A stretch of DNA of 63,571 bases, the filler included, from Octopus bimaculoides (Eukaryota), in assembly GCF_001194135.2 (NCBI RefSeq). It is 4 parts of 4 records of this genome, joined end to end, with 100 filler letters (N's around TTAATTAATTAA, not from the genome) between each part and the next. Parts side by side here need not be neighbours in the genome. Positions count along the whole stretch, not along the records: positions 34,019 to 61,375 come from NC_068998.1; positions 61,476 to 63,571 come from NW_026362159.1; 2 more parts are not named here. One strand, given 5' to 3'. Both the position numbers and the translations under genes were made by a program. Positions 56,075-63,571 of the stretch are shown here, piece after piece (the first letter of the stretch is position 1; each line of letters begins with the position of its first letter). A model generated the notes under the pieces. It did no database searches, was not told the origin of the DNA, and saw only the letters and a program-made list of their open reading frames with translations.

Positions 56075-56581
56075 ATATATAGGTGTGTCTATGTGGTTAC
56101 TTCCCAACCACATGGTTTCAAGTTCAGTCCCACTGTACAGCACTTTGGGCACATGTCTTGTCTAATATAGCACTGAGCTGGTTAAAGACTTGAGACTGGA
56201 TTTGGTTGACAGAAACTGAAAGAAGCCTGTCGTGTGAGTGTGCGTCTGCTTGTCTTGATATTATGTGATAGTTGTAGAATGTCATTGATTTCCATTATTC
56301 TGTGAAAACATGTTTGGCTATGAGGAAATCTTACCTTACATGGGAACAGATGAGGGTTGGTGACAGGAAGGGCATCCAACCATCGAAAATATCTCAATAA
56401 AATTCCATCTAACTTATGAAAGTATAGAAATTTGAATGCTAAAATGACATTGGTATCTGTCTATAACTATATATTTGTATCTTTAACTGCGTCTATATGT
56501 AACTTTATCCATACACACATGCGCACGCACACACACACTATTACCTTTTTCCAACTGTTTTGCTTTATTCTTCATTTCTAG

Positions 56582-56701
56582 AAAACCAACAATATTTTCT
56601 CCTCTGTGATCATGCAGTTTAGAGTAGCTTACAGCATCAACGAGACTTGTGTATCCTGTTCTGCTGAAAATTTACTTGACACAACATTACTCACAAAAGA
56701 A
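56582..56701 (+). CDS. integrin alpha exon (thigh C-terminal part); absent from the ORF track
   Basis: tttctag|..|gtaagt; KTNNIFSSVIMQFRVAYSINETCVSCSAENLLDTTLLTKE; phase 0-0; fills the expected thigh segment before IPF..CGKD. Confidence 0.85.
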
Positions 56702-57049
56702 GTAAGTTTTAAAAACAAAAAGCCAATTTCACTCAATATCTATTCTCTTTACTGAACCAACAGGAATTGAATAGAATATTCTTCTAAAATAATGTGACTA
56801 AAGGATCAAAGTATTTTTAACCCTTTAGCATTTAAACCAACCATATCCGGCCAAAATATTCCATCTGTTTTATGTTCAAACTGACCAGATCGAAGCTCTC
56901 ACATCTATCCTATAATGTTATTCTAAAGATAAACAACCACATCATTGAAATCTCAAAGATATGAGATAGTAGCGTATGATTAATTTGAAATAATACAGGT
57001 AAATATATGGGATTGATGGACAACTTCTTGTTATCTTGAACTCCCAACA

Positions 57050-57430
57050 TGAATGCCCTAGTATTTGTGTTCTGTTAAATGGTGCTTAGTCAAAATCATT
57101 CAATGTGGGTGTCAGACTCCATCAAGAGTACATACTGTCACCTCTCCTGTTCATAACTTTTATGGACAGGAATGATGTGCACAGCAGGGTTGGAAATGGT
57201 GTCAAGGCCAGCAGGTAAAGGATCGGTCAGCTGGAATTTGCAGGTGACGTGGTACCACTTGACTCATCAAAAGGTGATCTCCAGTAATGGGTTTGCTGCT
57301 GAGTGCTATTCAACAGGAATGAAAATCAGTGTTGTGAAGACGGAGATACTCATCCTCTCAAGGAGGCCAGTGTAATGCTCTCTACATGTGAGTGGAGTTC
57401 CACTGAAGCAGGAGAAGTTCAAGTATTTCA
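57050..57430 (+). mobile_element. RTE-type reverse transcriptase remnant
   Basis: SFNVGVRLHQEYILSPLLFITFMD..QLEFAGDVV..GMKISVVKTEILILSR..KFKY across frameshifts. Confidence 0.8.
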
Positions 57431-57636
57431 GGACAAAAATAATTTAACCCTTTTCATATGAACGCATCAAAACCTACCCTTGTGATGCAAACTCCTTGCT
57501 TTAAAGAGATCTAAATTAGAACCTTCCATCAAAGTTTCGTGTTAGTTTATGTTCAAACACTAGCTTAATAATGACTAAGTTATTTCACTAAATTAATTCA
57601 TTATCTTCAAAATTAATTGAAACACTGGTAGTGAAT

Positions 57637-57923
57637 ACAGTTCTATATTTAAGAGATGAGGAATTGTGTACATTATTTACATTTGACAAGCAAATGGCGT
57701 AGTGGTTAAGAACGCGGGCTACTAACCCCAAGATTCCGAGTTCGATTCCTAGCAGTGACCTGAATAATAATAATAATAACAGCGAAAAATACCTTATGAA
57801 TGAGAATCCAGGCTCGAAATTTCCTCAAGACACCTGATGAAGGCTGGAGGGTATATCAGCTGAAACGTTGTGTTAACAACAAACAAGATGAGGACAAATA
57901 TCCGTCAAATGTAAATAATGTAC
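57637..57923 (+). mobile_element. hammerhead-bearing fold-back element, best-preserved copy (tRNA-like head + (TAA)n + hammerhead + tail)
   Basis: A box TGGCGTAGTGG 57695-57705; B box GTTCGATTCC 57740-57749; perfect 20-bp inverted ends 57668-57687 / 57904-57923; degenerate 12-bp TSD (9/12) 57625-57636 / 57923-57934. Confidence 0.82.
57829..57874 (+). ncRNA. minimal type I hammerhead ribozyme motif
   Basis: GACAC-CUGAUGA-A-GGCUG(GAGGGUAUAU)CAGCU-GAAA-C-GUU/GUGUU. Helix I GACAC:GUGUU; helix III is palindromic ACGU. Confidence 0.75.
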
Positions 57924-58107
57924 TAGCAGGGAATTTCAACAGAAATATGGTATCAAAGCAGTCTACATAATGTAAAAATCACCAAAACAGAAACACATTT
58001 AATCTCCCCATTCTACAAAGTTTTTCAGAGAATTACCAATTTAAATTTAGTAATTTAACATGTTGATGTTTTTTTTTTTTTTTTTTTTTTTTCAATTTCT
58101 TTTACAG

Positions 58108-58592
58108 ATACCATTTGTTACAGAGTGTGGAAAAGACAAAATTTGTTACAGTGAATTAGTTCCAAATCTCCAAATTGTAAACCCTCGAACGAATGATATT
58201 TTGGTTATCGGAGAGTCTTTTATGTTTGAAGTCAGAGTTACAGTTCGTAATATGGAGGAGGCTGCATACCAGCCTATTGGTATCTTAAGATACCCGCTCT
58301 ATGTACAATACATCCCTAACTCTGCTACAAATGGTGTCAACTGTTCTGCAGAATCTATTGTCTTATTAGGTGAAGAAAAGAACAAAGTTGTTAAATGCAA
58401 TCTTAAGAATCCCATAAGACAAGAAGATTTCACTTACAACATGACATTTGAGATTGAAGAAGGAAATTTGAAGTTTGGTATGTTTCCAATGAAGTTCTCT
58501 GTCACATCTCAAAGCGAAGAAATGTGCAACAAAAATGATGCTATGAAATTAACGGTGAAAATGAGAAAAAAGGCACAGCTACTTCTATCAGG
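58108..58592 (+). CDS. integrin alpha exon (genu + entire calf-1)
   Basis: ttacag|..|gtaagt; IPFVTECGKDKICYSEL..VRNMEEAAY..VKCNLKNPI..AQLLLS(G); phase 0-2. Confidence 0.95.
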
Positions 58593-58659
58593 GTAAGTAT
58601 TGAAATATAATTCTAATTATTTTGCACTTATTATCATCATTATTATTATTATTATTTAA

Positions 58660-58905
58660 GGCGGCGAGCTGGCAGAATCGTTAGCACACTGGATGAAATG
58701 CTTAGCAGTATTTCACCCATCACTATGTTCTGAGTACAAATTCCACCGAGGTCAACTATGCCTTTCATACTTTCGGGGTCAATAAATCAAATACCAGTTA
58801 CACACTGGGGTTCAATGAGATCAACTGTCCCCCTCCCCACAAAATCCAGGCCTTGTACCTATAGTAGAAAATATTATTATTATTATTATTATTATTGTTA
58901 TTATT
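58660..58905 (+). mobile_element. SINE family C
   Basis: ggcggcgagctggcagaatcgttagcac..cctatagtagaaa..(att)n. Confidence 0.8.
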
Positions 58906-59209
58906 ATTGAGTGAGAGAGCAGTGCATGCCATCAAAGTGACACTAGGGTAAAATATATGAAGCCCAGTATACCCATCTGATAAGTGTACACCAGGTACAT
59001 GCATCAGAATATGATGAGAATGCATGCACATGTGTGAGAGTGCATGTGTGAATGTGAGAGTGCATGTGTGAATGTGAGAATGCATGCATGCATAAGAGAG
59101 TGCATGGTATGCTGTGGGTAACAAACCCAAGTCTGATGGTAAACCTGAAGAAAGTGAAATAAAACTAAGCGAGAACAAGCAAGTAATTTTAGTTTGTGTC
59201 TTTCTACAG

Positions 59210-59408
59210 GTCATCGGAACCCGCATTCATTGTAGTCAGTGATAAAAGAAATAAAAGTTCAGGAATACAAAATGTTGCACATAAATATGTTTTCTATAAT
59301 AAAGGACCAAGTGACATCACAAAAGTCCAGTTTTCTGGGAGTGTGAAAACCATCTTTCAGGAGATCAAAGGGAAACCTGTAAGAATTGTTGTAGACGCTA
59401 TTTTGAAG
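59210..59408 (+). CDS. integrin alpha exon (calf-2 start; last found)
   Basis: ctacag|..|gtaaga; (G)SSEPAFIVV..VAHKYVFYNKGPSDI..VDAILK; the H.Y.V.N.GPS motif is typical of calf-2. Confidence 0.93.
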
Positions 59409-59693
59409 GTAAGAAAATGGATTCATTGATGGAAGTATAACCACTGCATGTTGTGTGCACGCATATGTATCCACACATGAATACTTTGCATTTACACAAG
59501 CATACACTAACAGACACATACACATTGGTGAAGGCATGGCTGTGTGGTAGGAAGTTTACTTCACAACTACATAGTTCTGGGTTCAATCCCGATGCACAGC
59601 TCTTTGGGCAATTGCCTTCTCCTGTAGCCTCAAGCTTGTGAACAAAATTTGGTTAACAAACTGTGTAGCAGGCCAGCGTATGTGTGTGTCTTT

Positions 59694-59794
59694 ATGGTTG
59701 TTTCCACGTAACGGGAAACACATTCCATGAATATTAATATGGTTGTTTCCACGTAACGGGAAACACATTCCATGAATATTAATATGGTTGTTTC
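59694..59794. repeat. perfect 45-bp tandem duplication (2.2 units) with internal hairpin
   Basis: Unit atggttgtttccacgtaacgggaaacacattccatgaatattaat at 59694 and 59739. Confidence 0.92.
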
Positions 59795-61151
59795 AACCCA
59801 TGCCAGCATGGAAAATGGATATTAAATGATAAGAAATGAACCCATATTATTATACATTTTTATTTTCAATGTAAGCCCTGTGCATTTCTTCAGAGAGCTT
59901 GCTTCCCAACCACACAGTTCTAGGTTCAGTCCCACTGCATGGCAGCTTGAGCAAGTATCTTCTACTACTATAGCCTTGGGCTAATCAAAGCTTTGTGAGT
60001 GGATTTGGTGGATGAAAACTGAAAGAATCCCACTGTGTATGTGTGTGCGTGTGTAAAAAAAAAATAAGTACCAGGGTTGATTTGTTTGACTAAAAATTCT
60101 TCAAGGTGTTACCCCAGCATGGCCACAGCCTAATGACGGCAACAAGTAAAAGATATAATATACATACACACACATATATCAACATTTAATGCCTGCTGGC
60201 ATGGGTTGGATGGCTTGAATAGTTTCTACAGCTGGATGCCCTTCCCAATGCCAACCACTCAACAGAGTGTACATGGAACCAGCACCCACACCAGTGCTTT
60301 TCACATTGCACCTGGATTTTTGGATCACAATTCCTATCACTATCTCTAGCCTCAGTATCACCTGTTGTCTCCTATAAATCCTACCAATGCTGTTTCTCTT
60401 TTCACCCCATTTATACCTTGTCTTCTATATCTAAGACAAGGTATGAATGATGATCATTACATACTTTTCCTTAATGACTATTGTTTATACCTTGTCTTGT
60501 ATGTCACTCTGTGAAAACCAGTTTGACTGGAGCCCATCCACAGATTTACAATATACAAGGTTGATGATCTACAACCTTGGACCCTGCTGTAAGATTGGTT
60601 TACTAATCTAAACAATATTAGTAGCCTGGTGTGCCAGCAGAGAGCTTATGAAGTATTTTGCCTGGATTGATAATCCCTTACCAATAGTTATATATACACA
60701 CACACACACATATATATATACTGTATGTATATACATATATAATAGTAGTATGGTTGAGGCCGAGATGCATATATCTACGTTTGGGTCAATCACCCAATAT
60801 ACTCACAAGTTTATATCTGTTCTTTGAAACCATGTCTTTCTGATACCCCCTTATCACTACCTCTAGCCTCACTATCACACATCATCACCCGTCCTCTCCT
60901 ATTACATTCTACTAATACTGTTTCTACCATTACACTCTCACTCCAGTATTGTTTCTCTCCCATTACTCCCTCCTTTAACTTCAATCACTATTTCCCCTAC
61001 CATACTATAGTCTCCCACTCAACAGACATACAGACTTTCTTGTAGTCCTTGTTTGGGCAACCATAATAGAGTTAAGGCCACAATAAAATATACCCAGCAC
61101 ATAGAGTAAAGTGGCTAGCAAACAAAGACAGTATAAGGTTGAGAAGACCTT

Positions 61152-61375
61152 TAACACTTTCGTTACCATATTTCAGTTGAGACGCTCTCTGCCTCTTTCC
61201 ATTAATTTTAAATATAACAAAGAATGTAGTAAAATAATTTAGTTAACATTAAGCTAGTGTTAGGAACATAAATTGTGACTAAGGTTTGGTGGAAAATTTT
61301 AATTCTGAACTTTTGAAAACAAAACATTTGTAGTACAGAGCCAGAGGTGGTTTCAGCTGGGTTGGTATCAAAAGG
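61152..61375. mobile_element. TTAA-ended MITE-like repeat (related pieces at 51458, 53840, 57445)
   Basis: Shared ..ttaagctagtgtt.ggaa.ataaatt.. and ..gttggtatcaaaagg end. Confidence 0.5.
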
Positions 61376-61727
61376 NNNNNNNNNNNNNNNNNNNNNNNNN
61401 NNNNNNNNNNNNNNNNNNNTTAATTAATTAANNNNNNNNNNNNNNNNNNNNNNNNNNNNNNNNNNNNNNNNNNNNTATATTAAGTCCAGTCAGCAAGGAT
61501 CGTATGATACATAATAGACAGACGCGCGCACACTCAATTGTCCAGTAAGTTTCCACATATGAGGGAAAGTAGGTACTCCTATATTATGTAGCTGTAGTTG
61601 GTATATTATTTAAACAATATTATAAGTTTAGTCTCATAACACCCAAATCATGTTACCAAACGGTTTCATGTTGAACAATTTCGAACTCTTTATTACCATC
61701 GGCATCAACATACAGCTATTGTGGAAA

Positions 61728-61765
<38 letters not shown>

Positions 61766-63329
61766 GCATATACGCACACACACATGCACAAATACATAAT
61801 ATATTTGCATCATCCACTTACATAAATGGAAGCAGAACAGAGTAACATCTACCTCCAAAACAATCCTTCTTGCGCAGAACAATAGCTAAAAAGAATGCCG
61901 ACTAAGGGACATAACTTTGATGAGCTAAAGCGTTAACCACGATGTTATTATTGTATGTGTTTATGTGTGTGTAGAGAGAGAGAGAGGGGGGGAGATAGAG
62001 AAAGGGGGAGAGAGAAAGGGAGAGAGAGAAAGGGAGAGAGAGAGGGAGGGTGGGTATGGAATGGGCAGAAATAATGGGTTATATATGTGTATAGGTTTAC
62101 AGCTGTTTCAGATATGCTGTATATCCCACNNNNNNNNNNNNNNNNNNNNNNNNNNNNNNNNNNNNNNNNNNNNNNNNNNNNNNNNNNNNNNNNNNNNNNN
62201 NNNNNNNNNNNNNNNNNNNNNNNNNNNNNNNNNNNNNNNNNNNNNNNNNNNNNNNNNNNNNNNNNNNNNNNNNNNNNNNNNNNNNNNNNNNNNNNNNNNN
62301 NNNNNNNNNNNNNNNNNNNNNNNNNNNNNNNNNNNNNNNNNNNNNNNNNNNNNNNNNNNNNNNNNNNNNNNNNNNNNNNNNNNNNNNNNNNNNNNNNNNN
62401 NNNNNNNNNNNNNNNNNNNNNNNNNNNNNNNNNNNNNNNNNNNNNNNNNNNNNNNNNNNNNNNNNNNNNNNNNNNNNNNNNNNNNNNNNNNNNNNNNNNN
62501 NNNNNNNNNNNNNNNNNNNNNNNNNNNNNNNNNNNNNNNNNNNNNNNNNNNNNNNNNNNNNNNNNNNNNNNNNNNNNNNNNNNNNNNNNNNNNNNNNNNN
62601 NNNNNNNNNNNNNNNNNNNNNNNNNNNNNNNNNNNNNNNNNNNNNNNNNNNNNNNNNNNNNNNNNNNNNNNNNNNNNNNNNNNNNNNNNNNNNNNNNNNN
62701 NNNNNNNNNNNNNNNNNNNNNNNNNNNNNNNNNNNNNNNNNNNNNNNNNNNNNNNNNNNNNNNNNNNNNNNNNNNNNNNNNNNNNNNNNNNNNNNNNNNN
62801 NNNNNNNNNNNNNNNNNNNNNNNNNNNNNNNNNNNNNNNNNNNNNNNNNNNNNNNNNNNNNNNNNNNNNNNNNNNNNNNNNNNNNNNNNNNNNNNNNNNN
62901 NNNNNNNNNNNNNNNNNNNNNNNNNNNNNNNNNNNNNNNNNNNNNNNNNNNNNNNNNNNNNNNNNNNNNNNNNNNNNNNNNNNNNNNNNNNNNNNNNNNN
63001 NNTGTCACCTGCCCTTAGGAGATCTGAGGGGGATTTGGTTGTTATTTCCGATAAGACGAACAACCACATAGGGGGCTCAAATGTTGACTCATCAGTGGTG
63101 GTGGTGGTGGTGGTGGTGGTGGTGGTGATGCTTGGCTGCATTTCGTCTGTCTTTGAGTCGTCAGTTCAAACGCCGCGAAGGTCGACTTTGTCTTTCGTCC
63201 TTTCGGGGTCTAAGTAACAGTGGAGCACTGGAGTCGATTACATCACTACCATCACCACCACCGAGGGTCCGCAAAAGTAGTACTAGGGGTACTAGGGGTC
63301 CGTGAACTAAATTGAAAATTTCTTTTATA

Positions 63330-63485
63330 AGGCGTGGCTGTGTGGTAAGAAGTTTGCTTCCCGACCACGTGGTTCCGAGTTCAGTCCCACTGCGTGGGAT
63401 CTTGGGCAGGTGTGTTCTCCTATAGCCTCGGGCTGACCAAAGCCTTGAGTTGATTTGGTAGACGGAAACTGAAAGAAGCCCATCG

Positions 63486-63518
<33 letters not shown>

Positions 63519-63571
63519 ATTTGTATCTATGTTTGTCCCCCCACCATTGCTTGACAACCGATGTTGGTGTG
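63330..63571 (+). mobile_element. SINE family A (runs off window)
   Basis: ggcgtggctgtgtggtaagaagtttgcttccc..gagttcagtcccactgcgtgg. Confidence 0.85.

Noticed and set aside
57695-57760. tRNA-Ser(ACT)-like sequence as a real tRNA gene
   Set aside because: Weak T-stem and acceptor pairing; part of a dispersed element.
1923-63217. Many long ORFs rich in X, YI, HT, CV or RE repeats
   Set aside because: Products of N gaps and dinucleotide microsatellites.
1-63571. CRISPR arrays, rRNA or prokaryotic systems
   Set aside because: None seen; the sequence is eukaryotic with spliceosomal introns.

Overview
AT-rich, microsatellite- and gap-rich animal genomic DNA. The SINE/LINE repertoire and repeat style point to an octopus draft scaffold (recalled, not searched). 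One host gene is supported: 12 plus-strand exons (34564-59408, 1857 nt, 619 codons, all phases compatible) of an integrin alpha chain. They cover part of the beta-propeller (FG-GAP blades, three Ca2+-binding loops), thigh, calf-1 and the start of calf-2, and look alpha4/alpha9-like. The 5' exons and the TM/cytoplasmic exons were not found. The rest is mobile DNA: a 5'-intact but 3'-truncated RTE LINE, RLE-type (R4/Dong-like) LINE ends sitting in microsatellites, mariner/hAT/piggyBac-like MITEs and several tRNA-derived SINE families. The most unusual signal is a short non-coding family (three intronic copies) combining a tRNA-like Pol III head, a minimal hammerhead ribozyme of the dimer-forming type, fold-back termini and ~12-bp target-site duplications. 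This looks like a Penelope-mobilised, ribozyme-bearing SINE/retrozyme. Other notable points are a sharp CpG-poor block (about 14.5-61.4 kb) and a ~300-nt AG-free zone before a symmetric exon. Repeat boundaries are approximate unless a TSD is given.
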